NCBI GenBank assembly: GCA_021432655.1
Contig: MU271539.1
Span: 1-47,762 of the forward strand
DNA: 47,762 nucleotides
DNA from: Atractiella rhizophila
Lineage: Eukaryota
Direction of reading: 5' to 3'
The notes beneath the pieces were generated by a model. The model was not told where the DNA came from. It did no database searches and worked only from the letters and a program-made list of their open reading frames with translations. The position numbers were made by a program, and so were the translations under genes. Positions 36,680 to 47,762 of the stretch are shown here, one piece after another; the first letter of the stretch is position 1, and every line of letters begins with the position of its first letter.

Positions 36680-37768
36680 GTCGATCTGACTGCTCCTTGC
36701 AAATAAGGGCACCGTTAAAGGATGGAAAGACAGAAAAGAAGGAAGCTCCGCTCGACACTTTATTCCCTTTATACTGACTCCCCACTACGCAGCCGAACGA
36801 CCACATTCACCCGCGTATGCTGCAGTCCATCGTGTTCTTCCATTGTGCAAGCCAAAAACATCAAGATTTGCTCGTGTTGCGCAATCTAAACTCCATGAAA
36901 ACCTTGGCTGAGTGACCCCATTCAAGGGGATGGCTGCATGGAAACCGTGTCAAGCAGGAGTCGGATGTCCATCGAAGTCCGTCGAAGGATGGCACGCCTG
37001 CACCAGCTTGAAAAATCCTTTGAATGTTTCCGTCTTTCCCGTGTTTCGCGGAATTCTATAAGGAGCAGGAGAACGGTCTGAAATACCGAAAAAAGAAGAA
37101 AAGATCCCGGAGAGAAATTAGGGAACACAATCGTACAAGAAAGCCTTCTGATGGTGAAGGTGAACGAATGTTCTGGTGAACCTCAAGCAAATCCTGCAAT
37201 GTGCAACGAACCGAAGCGAGCCATCAAGACGAGGAGGAAAGCCAAAAGAAAAGCTTGTCAGTGGGTCTCTCCGTCTCGCAACACTGGGATTTGATAAGAG
37301 AGCATGCTGACCATTCATTGCCTCAAACTTAAGCTTTCGAACCAGCATTCCATCCAGGCTGAATCTGAGCAGGAAACGGTCTCTGAATCATCACCATCTC
37401 GCACAGCGTCATTGACTCCGTGAGTCCTCTTTCCTCTTTTCTTTCTCGCCTCCCTCTCTCCCTTCACTTGACGTTGGACAGCCTGAAAGTGTCCCGTTAT
37501 TGATGTTGATTGTCACCAGGGATCTTCCTGATCGCCAAGGATCGCCCTCTTGTTTGCTAATGCTTGCTTCAGAAATGAGAAGCACGACTGGAGAGACGCC
37601 TTCGACCCTGCTAACCCTGCTCGATTTACTACATCATGGATTAATCGCGCAATCCCAGGATATCAAGGATATGATGGATTAGATATTGCAGAGATGACGT
37701 GACCTGTTGAGTCGAGAAGAGTCAGCACGAGATGAACAGATCCCATTAGCACGAATGACAGATGTCGA

Positions 37769-38464
37769 TAGGGCTTTGCACCGTCACCGTCAAGACGGGT
37801 GACGGGTCCGGGACGGACGGCATTTTTGGCCACCCGTCCCGTCACCGTCACAACTTTAATTTTTTGACGACGGACGGTATAAACAGACGGGTGCTACCCG
37901 TCCGTCAGCCCTCTCATGTGCTTCCATGACGGGTCAGACGGGGAACAACGGGTGTTATGTATGAATTTTAAGCTTTAAACTTGTTTTAAACTTGTTTTAC
38001 TGGTTTTTGCTTGTTTTGCTGCAAGCTTTTCGTAATTTCATATTTTCTTGTTTGCAGCAGGCAAACATTCCTTTGCATGGCCCGAAACGGCCAGGAAGGG
38101 ACTTCCGGGTTAGTACAAACCTAACCTTATGTGGGCCGGCTGCGTGCGGGCCATAGCCAGCTCAACCAAATCACCTTTCCGCCCAGCCAAACAGGCCTAG
38201 GCTTGCCAGCATTTTGTCGTTAGTGGCTAGAATATGGCATGAATGAGATATTCCGGTGGTGCCGGACAGAATAAAGAAACATTTTGTTGAACACCCGTGT
38301 TCACCGTCAAACCCGTCCGTCGGCACCCCTCTTCTTGCCGTCACTGTCCCGTCACCGTCAGACAGTCCCCGTGTTCAGTGACGGTGCGGGTGACGGGACG
38401 GGGTCACCCGTCCCGTCGCCGTCTCAGGCACAAAAATCGACGGACGGGATGGTGCAAAGCCCTA
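37769..38464. mobile_element. Non-autonomous hAT-type DNA transposon (MITE), 696 bp
   Basis: 14-bp perfect TIR TAGGGCTTTGCACC / GGTGCAAAGCCCTA, perfect 8-bp TSD GATGTCGA at 37761-37768 and 38465-38472, dense subterminal GACGG/CCGTC motifs at both ends, and no transposase ORF. Confidence 0.93.
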
Positions 38465-39155
38465 GATGTCGATGGGCGTCTTAATCACGTAAGCCTTTCA
38501 TCCCACTCTTTCCTTCAACGTATCACAATATATGAGCGAGTGACTTCCTATTCTTTATTAACACATGTTTGTAGTTCATTTATATTCGTTGTTTTGATTG
38601 ACCAGAGCCCCAACTTTGAAACTTGAGCTCCCAATCTCGTGTTCTTGCTATTTGTTTTCATTCCTCACCGTGGTTGCTGTGTTACAACAAAGCGATTGAG
38701 GACAGAAGTCTGTATACGAGTGTGTGCAAACACTCTTTCGAACGTGTTAGTCCTGTTATGACAAGAGGCACTTGTTCTCAAAATGTTGTTATGAACCACG
38801 TCACCATGTATCCGAATTGAGCGTGATGCGTTCTAGCGACCAAAAAATATTGTACGAGGGAGGAATGAGAGGAAGAAACCTGCAGAGTGACATGATAAAC
38901 AGACGAGAGTTGACGTGATCTGACTAGCGGCGACCAGCAGCGAGCGAAGAAAGTCCTTCCGTATAATGCGCCGCTTTGTGGATGTAGGGGAAGCAGAAGA
39001 CGTGAGATGCTCGCGCCTCGCAAAGACAACGACCGGTCCATCTGTTACCTCAACCGGCAACGTTGGGTGTAATCACATCTCCCTTCGCTCTTGTTTATAA
39101 CCACCACCCTTGGCACGTAGCTTCAAGCGGCAACCTTTACGGGTACTTACATAGT

Positions 39156-40392
39156 ATGCAGGACGCAGGACAGCCCTTTCCGGAACTTGTTGCGCTGAAG
39201 ACGGAAGACGGTTCGTTTCCAACCAGGAGCTACTTGTTTATCAAGAAAGATGTAGCTCTGAAGGTAGGTTGTCGATAAAAGTTGCATGTCTGCCTGATAC
39301 TGATTGAATGACGGGCAGAACGTCGTGGTCATCGCTCCCGCCTCAGGTGTACCGGCAGGATTTTATTTCGACTTTGCGACGTTAGTTATCCTCTGTCCCC
39401 CCTTTGTGGAAGTTACAACAAGAACAATGCACGCAGGTATCTAGCGAATCACGGCCATGCCACCTTCGTCTTTTCCTTTCGCTACGTCGGTGAATCCTAC
39501 CCACCAGGGGTGAACCTCAGATCGCGCGAATCGAGAATTGAAGCTCTGAAGGCAGCTCCACAAGTGGACATGATTCATTCTTGGGCCAACGACATGAAAG
39601 CTGCCATCGACTTTATCTTTACCCGCTTCCGAGGAGAAGAGTTAATATGGTGCGGACACAGTAATGGGGGTGAGTTCTACCCTAGTTCAAGTGGGGAGAG
39701 GTTGCATAAACTGATGAGCGATTTTCAGGAAGTATTTTCACTCTCCTCCCTGTCGTTTACTCCTCTCGCTTTTCCCGCGCTTTATTCGTCGGTTCCTTCA
39801 ATGGTTCCATTCGCTACAACTTGGCTCGAGAAGAAGGCAACCAGAATCCGCTGGAAACGATCGAGAGTGCTCGCAGCAGGGTTTCTTCTGCCTTAACGGC
39901 CGCGAGGGAGCGTGGTTTCCTATCAGGTGCAGCGGCGAACGTTGGAGAGGACATGACCTTGGGTGTAGCTGAAGATTGGTGGGGAGGTATGCTGGTGAAG
40001 GATTACATTTGGGAGCTGGCAGGATTACCTGATGGGATGGCGGGCTATTCGACCGATACATTGATGGTTTGCTATAACGATGATTGGGTGATTGGTTCCA
40101 CAGAACCTATGAGGGGTTGGTTTTCTCGCCGCATACTTTCTACTCGGCTCATGTGAAGTGTGCAGCTCTGATGAATTGCTGCCCCTTTGCGAAGTTCGAA
40201 GGACGCTGGATTGAGCCCAAGTCGATAGGCTGGGAGAGCTGCGGTCACGTCGAGACGTTTCGAAAGAAGCACAGTTATATTGGGGGGCCGTGGGAGTACT
40301 ATCGCGAGTATCTGGCCAAAGGGACAGTCCGAGATAAGGTCGCAATGGTTGAATGGCACCAAGGACCAGAACGCGAAAAGTTTAAGTTGTAG
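39156..40392 (+). CDS. Alpha/beta-hydrolase resembling the predicted-hydrolase family COG4757, ~5 exons
   Basis: VVVIAPASGVPAGFYFDFAT|YLANHGHATFVFSFRYVGES, nucleophile elbow GHSNGG, YNDDW acid, GHVETF His motif. Confidence 0.8.
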
Positions 40393-40533
40393 GCGTAGTT
40401 AGTGGATAAACATGTCGGTAATGACAGCAAGTCAAATTCTTCAAGTCCTGAGTCTTGCTGGAGTGTATTTAGATGTTAGCTGTTACCTTCTTGACGGTAA
40501 TGTACCTCAGACATATTATTGACTGAAAATTAT

Positions 40534-41541
40534 TTAAGAAAAAGTTTTGACAATCCATGCAAAGATAGCGGCATGAGCTTCCTTCCCTTCCGCTGAAGGA
40601 ACTACCGCTCCATCCTTCTCTTGCAAGAAGCCGTGCTCCACTCCTTCTACTAATCTCAGGGAGACATCCACGCCAGCCGCTTTCAGACTCCGTTCTGTCT
40701 CTTCACTCTCCTCCTTCGGGACGACGGAATCCAGGATCCCATGGGCTAGGAAAGTTGGAGGGAATCGTTCAGCCCACAACTGAGGAAAGAGTTTTCGTTC
40801 GTCTTCGTTTAGCGCGGCGAGCCGTCCTTCCCTATCCGATGTGGAGCGAAGAATTGAGGATATTTCTCGACCCAGAAAATGGTCGAGATACGATCCATCT
40901 TCGTAATACTCTACGAGAGTGTAGTTTGTACGATTTTGGCCTAGCGAAGCGCAGAGGGCGGGGGGATTATCGTGCTTCTGAACCCAGTGATCCTGCAAAA
41001 AAGTTCATTCATGACCAGTTATTTGTGACAAGAAAACTGGAACGAACCAAAAACCAATCTCCACTCATCCCAAACATGCTCACGAATCCAAGTGGCTTCG
41101 GTTCTGCCCATGCCGCAGCGAGTCGACCCGGTACAGCTCCTCCTGAAGCACCCACTACAATAATCTTCTGGCTGTCGACGTGAAGCTCTTCCTCGTTATC
41201 TCGCAGGTATTTCAGTAATGTTTGCACATCATCGAGGATGTCGTCTAAAGACATACTCTAGATCAGTCTTTTTAACCTCAAAGAGCGAGGCACTGACAGC
41301 CTGTATGTTTAGGTAGTAGCGAATACCCAGCCGATAAGAAGACCCATCCCTTCTCTAACGTCCCATCTGCAAGCCAGTAGGAGAAGATCGGGTTTTGGCC
41401 GCGATCACCAGTGACGATTCCCCCTCCGTGAAAAAAGAGAACGGTGGGAAGCTTTCCTTGCGCAGCCGAAGGAAGGTAGACATCAACCTTTGAATTGGGC
41501 CGACTGCCATACGTTGATGTGAAAGTGGGAGGAGGCGTCAT
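40534..41541 (-). CDS. Alpha/beta-hydrolase (HSL/GDXG-like esterase), 3 exons
   Basis: VLFFHGGG oxyanion motif, GASGG nucleophile, AHGILDSVVP (Asp) and EHGF (His). Confidence 0.9.
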
Positions 41542-42265
41542 CGTGGGTGGATTTCTGATACGTGTGTTTGAAGTTCCTGTGATTCAGTATTGGGATGGAA
41601 GCTAGAAGGGACTTCCTTTTTAAATGCCTCCTTCGCGTCTGGAATGAGCGCTACAAATGACTACTCCTTGCGCATAGCAGAGAACGCGGTCTCCGCTCTT
41701 GCCGAGATGTGGAGTGGAAAGATGTCAGCCACGGACTCAGCACACCGAATAGCAAGGTCGAGCGAAATGGATGCTCCTTTCCAAACAGACATCTGACTGT
41801 GGCCGAACTGTTCATTAGAATGCTGACCAACAGTTGATGTTGAGATGCAGGCGGGCATAGACGGCACCTTTTATTCCGACATAATTTTCCGCAAAGAACC
41901 ATGAGTCCAGTTCTGCAAGAAGCGATGAAAATATTTAGTGTGAAAAAAGGGTCCTGCCATCATCGGTGCATCATGTTTTCTCACTCAGCGCGTCAAAAGA
42001 AAAGAAAAATCTTGTCCATGGCTAGTGTGCTTGGGGAACAAATGTGTACGGTGGTACGGGGATGTTGTATGCTGGTTTCCACGCGCCGTCAAAACTTGAG
42101 AGCTTGAGACCAATCAAATAACTCCATATTGAAGGCAGGCGTTAAAAATGCGACATGGGGAAACATCGGTGATAAACGAATCGGAAAGCCGCTGAAGCCA
42201 CTAGTTTCCTTTTTGAGGAGTGGCTTTGCATCTAAATTCCGACAACCTTGTGTGGTTGCGAAAGG

Positions 42266-42273
42266 TATAAAAA
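42266..42273 (+). promoter_or_regulatory. TATA box of U1 copy 2
   Basis: TATAAAAA 27-34 nt upstream of ATACTTACCT. Confidence 0.75.
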
Positions 42274-42299
42274 GGGAGGAAGGTCAAATTGAAATATTC

Positions 42300-42476
42300 A
42301 TACTTACCTTGACCTGGCTTCTGGGGCTCAAGAAACCTGGGTGTCTGGTATGGGACTCGCGCATTGCACGGTGACCCAAACGACCCACGGGAGTCCCATA
42401 TTAGTGACGGCGCATCGCGTTGGCACGGGTCTGAATATTTGCTTAGGCGCGAAGTCTCTTTCGGGGGACTTGCGCT
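42300..42476 (+). ncRNA. U1: U1 spliceosomal snRNA, copy 2
   Basis: Identical by eye to the reverse complement of 21536-21712, with the same motifs. Confidence 0.93.
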
Positions 42477-42829
42477 ATAATTTTTTCTCACTCTTTCACA
42501 GCTTGTGAAATACATGTTTGCACACGTATATTGATTACATACCTGTTTCTTAGAAAAGAAAAGTGACGGAAACTGATGTGAACACCTTTGAACCCCGAGA
42601 AAGAGGTGTAAAGTGTATCTCGACTAGTAGTTATGTCGTCTTTGATCCTTACCTAGCGCTTCTCTCTATGTACGTGAGGAGGAATACAGCTCTACGTGGG
42701 CAGGAATACTAGCACTTAAGTTTTATGCCGCAGGAGGGTGAGAAACCTTTAACTTTTCTCCTAAATCCCCAGCTTGTCACCTGTTTCGCATTGCAACTAT
42801 CTATCTACTGTGGCAGAGTGAGCTGCTGT

Positions 42830-43656
42830 GTTGCGCGCTTGCCTCAGACTCTCTTCTTTCTGTATTTGCATTCCTCGGCTTTTGGATCGCCAGAGGAGCC
42901 CATCATCGAGCACGGATAAAAAGCATTGAGAAGGGTATTGCTCGTTGTACTTCGATATTTCAATGCATCCAGTTAAATGCCATCTCTGAACTATCCCCAT
43001 GGTTTGCGTTCTGTGAAAAATGGATGAATGACTTGCCGCCCTTCCTTTCTCTTTCGTTGAGCATGACAGTGGTGAGGCTCTAGCACGCTGGAACTAGTCC
43101 GTCAATGTGGCATTCGTTTTCGCCATCCAAGGCAGCAATCTTTGAACTTGTCGTGCATTATCGTCAATCGCTCAACCCCGTTGTTCATGGACAGGTAAAT
43201 TTCTGTGATTGATTCCTTCCGAATCCTTCAGCCAAAAATATGATTGTCAACCTACATATATCCGTTAACAAGGCGGACGCAGGCGGGTTCTATGCGCTTA
43301 TCCTTCAGCAGACAGGTCATCAAGGCCAATGATTCTTCAAGTATAAAGAAGGACGAACTGCTTTTCTCAAGCCGGAGGAGAAAAAGTTGTTCCCTCAATT
43401 ATGGCCAGAAAGGTTCTCCTTCACTTTGCTTGTACATGGGGACCACGATTCACTGGTATTGGAGGAGAAGAGTGAGGAGACGAAGAGGAGTTTGAAAGCG
43501 GCTGGTGTGGTCGTTTTCCTCAAGTTAATACTAGGTATCGAGCACGGCTTCGTGCAGCTCCAGGATGGGAAGATAAAGCCAAGTGAAGGCGCGAATCAGG
43601 CCCATACAGCCATTTTGAAGTGGATCGATGACAAATTTTCCAGTGCAGACTGCTAA
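42830..43656 (+). pseudogene. Second decayed paralog of the 40534-41541 hydrolase; C-terminal ~90 codons still open
   Basis: LFPQLWPERFSFTLLVHGDHDSLVLEEKSEETKRSLKAAGV...EHGF...AHTAILKWI matches the intact gene. Upstream there are only weak traces (ARLPQTLFFLYLH, attgagaaggg), so the 5' limit is uncertain. Confidence 0.7.
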
Positions 43657-43706
43657 ATGTTTTCGTCCAAGCCTATTATACAATGATGATCGCGGAGTAG
43701 CGACTT

Positions 43707-45678
43707 TCAGGACTTCACAATTTTGCTTTCCTTTCTTGCGGCGTAGCCAGTCCAACTCTGGATATCGAATTAGATATTGAGCGTATGGAGCAAATCGAAC
43801 TCACTTCGTCATACAGACCAACTTGGTCTGGTTTTAGTCCCGCGACTTGCAAAGCAAGCCAGATGATTGCAGCCGTCATACCCGAGCCACACGTCGTCAC
43901 GAAATTTCTGGTTGTCAGAGATGATGGTGGAATATTATATCGTTCTAGAAGGCCTGTCTCAACTTCCTTTGCCCCACTCTTTAGAGGGAAACGAACCCAT
44001 CGTCCTCTCAAACACTTTTCTCAGCTCATCTTGCGGAAGTAGAGTCTGGTACGGGGGATTCGTGTCGCTCGGTGGCGTTAACAGATCGGTAAAGGGGAGG
44101 TTTATTGAATTTGGGATGTGGCCACTTGATAAATTGGGGCGAGGCTCTGGCGCAGTTCCATCGAACCTGAGAGTAAAGTAGGAGATGTTAACAAGGGTGA
44201 TTGTTTTAGAAATGACAAGCCTCACCGACCCTTTGCCCTGGCATCAAGTACAAGCTGACCGCCTCCCTCTTCATCTTCTACGAGGTCGAACTTGGAATTC
44301 TCAACCATGAAAGGGTAGTCACGGACGAACGACTTCAATAGTTCTGGTGTTGAGTAGCTCGTTGATTTTGGCTAGAGATGCATCTTAATTTGAACCGTCA
44401 ACTCAAGAAAGGGCTTACTGTCAATGTTCGCCTTCCCGTCTCAGAGGAGTCGTCCACTTCAAATCCCTCTGCTAGCCACCGCGGTAATCCGCCGTCGAGA
44501 ATGCAAGCATCAGCATGTCCGAATGCCTGCGAATGTAATGTTAACCACGATAAGACAGTTTCTAACGGCGCATGTTGCAAGATGTGACATCCTCAGGCAG
44601 CAACAGAGAAGGAACCGAATGAGGAATGCGTCATTTCAACACAAAACAGGTGACTGGAGATTGTGCGTCTACATTAAGCAGCTCACTCCTTTGTTGGAAT
44701 GCAGAGTTCTGGGTTTGAGCCTGAGGAATAATGGTTGAGTGAGTAAACACTTCCATTCATATGACCATTCACCCCTTGGAATGATATACAGCCAGAATCT
44801 AGTCTTAAATGCATAATACTGCCCTGCCTTGGAATGATATACAGCCAGAAACTAGTCTTAAATGCATAATACTGCCCTGGTCTATCTTCAACGACGGAAA
44901 AATAGCACAATTATTGCGGTCGAAGCGACTTAAGTACACACAAGGGGTGAGAGAGCTATCACCCGTATAACAATCGACCATGATCATGAATATCGGGATA
45001 TAGGAACACTCTGACTTTCCTCATGCGTGTAGAATAATAACAAATGTCATAGCAGGCCATCGTATGGTGTGAAGGATTCTAAAAAACCGTATGCTATTTG
45101 AATGAGAAATAGGACAAACTACTCGTCCTGCAACTAACATAATCATCGCAACGAATCGAATGAAACGAAAGTTTGGCGTTTGCATCACGAAGTTCAGACA
45201 TGTGTGCAGCTCTTCGCTCATAACCAACCTCTTCTGCACTTTAATTTGTTTCCAAAGGAAAAGAACGTACCTTAAAAGTCCACAACGTCCTCGGAGCACT
45301 CCAAGTCCCAACGCTATCATAAACAACAACTTTCGTATCCCTCCCAATACCTAACCTCTCACATTCCTCTCCAAACCTTTCAGCACTCGGCAACATATGT
45401 TTCAATCCCATCTTCTCTCCCTCCTCCGACACTGTAGCTACACTATCCACATCCCAGAAAGCAGCACCCGGTAATCGCCGTGCCTTGTAATCCGTTAAAG
45501 CATTACGTTGAGAGTTGGGCATGTGCCAAGAGGCATCAAGGATCTTGATTCGTTGGCCATTAGACGAACGTGCGAGTTGGGAGGAGAGTAGGGATGGTGT
45601 AATAAGCAGTGGATGTGGGACGGCGTGAGACGTTGAGGCTGCACCGGCTGCTGAGCGAAGAACGCGATAAACTCGCAT
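43707..45678 (-). CDS. TUM1: Thiosulfate/3-mercaptopyruvate sulfurtransferase (two rhodanese domains) with mitochondrial-type presequence
   Basis: ILDASWHMP, HMLPS, SAPRTLWTFK|AFGH..LDGGLPRW, VLDAR, GHIP, active site TCGSGMTA, LYDE|SWTGY, ending IVKS* at 43707. First intron 45270-44527. Confidence 0.93.
44774..44879. repeat. 2 x 53-bp tandem repeat inside TUM1 intron 1
   Basis: ccttggaatgatatacagccagaa(t/a)ctagtcttaaatgcataatactgccctg at 44774 and 44827, one mismatch. Confidence 0.95.
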
Positions 45679-46173
45679 TTTGAATTGCGACAGTGCAAGA
45701 ACGTGAGGGAATTGTTGAAGGAGAAAAGAGTGCGATGATAAGCTGGCTGATAACGATTATTTATTTATGGCGAACAATGTAAGCGGAACAAAGCGGGACG
45801 CGTGATTGTTGCGAAGAAATGCGTGTCCTCATCATTGTTTTCTTCAACTTACTGGTTGAAAATCCATGAAACGAAGCCAAATATCTTTCTTTTTCACGTT
45901 GAGCTGGTTATATCACGATGGAGGCAGGAAGAGCAAACCGAGCACATTATGAACCTGAATGGTTTCAAGTTCTTGACCTGCCCTACCTCACGAAAGTTGA
46001 TTGGGAGCCTGAGGAGCTCGGAGTCGAGAACCAGAAGTCCCATTTGATTAGACCCTCTGCACATACTGCGGTATAATGTACACTGCACACAACTAACAGA
46101 CAGAAATGAACCACAGCACTCTTGACTTGCACTTCGACTTTCACTTTCAAGAAATACGAAACGACGGACGAAA

Positions 46174-47762
46174 TTAAGCCCCCGCGAACTGCTCCACGAC
46201 TGACTTCCAATGCTCCAAACCCATTCCAAGCACCATCAGCATCTCCCTTTTCCCCACACATTCCTCCCTCTCCCTCCTAGCCTTTTCCTTCAGTTCCTTC
46301 CAATAACCCCTCTCCCTCTCCCTCTTTTCTTCCCTCAGCCTCTCTAGCGCGTCTCTTTGCTTATCGAGCAGATCCATCAACTCTTCCTTCTCCGTTTCCA
46401 CTGCCGAAAGACGGGACTGCATCTGCAGCTTGGCACTTTCCGTGGAGGTGAGACGTAACTCGACGGACGACAGCTGGGAGGCTTGGGAGGATAGCTTGGT
46501 TTTGAGAGATTCGTTCTCAGCTGCAAGTTCTGGATTGGGGTCCACGATCTTCGTTTCTACACGAACCTCAACGCGTGGCGGAGAACTTGGGATGTTAGGC
46601 AGAGGAGCCATTGGCGGGGATGGAATCGTAATAGGAAGTAGTGTGTCCATGCTTGTCGATGACGGTAGGTAAACGGATTGGCGGTTCATCATGCGTGCGT
46701 CCATGACTGCAGACTGTCGATTTCCCACACCCATTCCCTCCTGTACCGTTCCCATCGAGACGGGCATGACAGGCGATACGAGCTCCATGCCCTGAGGAAT
46801 TCCCATGCCCCTTCTTTCCCCACCACCGCCACCTGATGAAGTGGAAGAAATAGACATCATGCTCTGTCTGGGAGAAATGATCCTCGAAGCTCGGTTGCCT
46901 TCCATAGCCATTCCCATCATGCTCTGCCTAGGGCTGACCGTGCTCTTCCTCTTTACCAGACCCTTCTTCCTCGTATTCGTAGGGCTTCTCATCCTCCCTC
47001 CCGCCACTCCTCCTGGGTTATGAATCAAGGTCGGGCTAGCCATAGCCATTTCCGCCTCTTCCCCTTCCGTCGCCTCTGAATGAGGTTCCAGCTTTTGTCC
47101 CGTCCACACATTCCGTCGCCCAGAGGGCCCAGGAGTTTTGTCGCCGGCGTTTGTTGATGGATTGAGGTGAAGGGATGGACGACTGACGGTCAAATTGAGG
47201 AGGTCGCCAGTCATTTTCTGCCAGCTCCCTTCTCCTCCAGGCATTGGCGGAGTAGCGAGAGCAAGACTCATCTCCTCCATCTGCATCGCCATGCTCCGTC
47301 TGGGAGAGAAAGTGCCAGGTGAACTAGCGAGGTCTGCCTCTGAGAACCCGCGACCGTTCGAGGTAGCTGTGGATGCGGACAGGGAGAAATTCGGCGGAGC
47401 AGCGGGGATGACTGAAGGTAACGCGGGCATCATAGGTGGTGGGGAGGTGGGAGAAGGAGTGCGCATCATGCTTGTTCGGAAGAGGGAGTCAGGGCGTGCC
47501 GAGACAAAGTTGTATGCTTCTCCTGGAGGGGGAGGAATGGAAAACAGAGAAGATGGACGATTTTCGAGGGCTGGAGGGTTGATACTAAATAACGACATAG
47601 GCCGACCAGATTGAGATTTTCCTGTTCACCAGATATCAGCTTGGACAAACTGAGAAAGGGCAAGATGATGTACCTAGCTCCATAGACTCCACTAGCTCCC
47701 TCAAATTCGTGCTCGCCTTCGCCGCAATCTTTGGCCTCCCGTTCCTCACAGCACTACCTCCA
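46174..47762 (-). CDS. Uncharacterised Pro/Ser/Met-rich protein with C-terminal coiled coil; 5' end outside window
   Basis: 474-aa ORF extended upstream via an intron (CTAG|gtacat...gaacag|GAAAA) to an open exon reaching the window end. Heptad-rich ELAAENESLKTKL...REEKRERE. Confidence 0.82.

Noticed and set aside
38284..38626. ORFs overlapping the MITE as transposase fragments
   Set aside because: They are translations of the GACGG subterminal repeats with no hAT transposase motifs.

Overview
Eukaryotic, intron-rich fungal genomic DNA, probably a basidiomycete (short ~50-60 nt GT-AG introns, CTRAC/CTRAT branch sites; the taxon is inferred, not established). Housekeeping genes: insulysin/Ste23-like M16 peptidase (5'-partial), ATP2, a DNAJC9-like J-protein, a Pcl1-type cyclin, AHA1, the septin CDC10, URB1/NPA1, NPC2 and TUM1. 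Also present: two secreted proteins, two intact alpha/beta-hydrolases plus two decayed copies, and two low-complexity unknown proteins. Features the ORF track does not show: (1) the AHA1 3' end can encode three C-termini: spliced soluble ...KQIGLGTLL*, an intron-retained tail-anchored form, and a 206-codon Pro/Gln-rich extension directly behind a TGA-CAATCA readthrough context that also contains an in-frame alternative acceptor; (2) two identical 177-nt U1 snRNA genes in inverted orientation 20 kb apart, each beside a copy of the same hydrolase gene (one intact, one pseudogene); (3) overlapping tandem duplications of the head-to-head AHA1/CDC10 pair, possibly haplotype mis-assembly; (4) a 696-bp hAT-type MITE with an 8-bp TSD; (5) two unusually long introns. 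All exon calls were made by eye.
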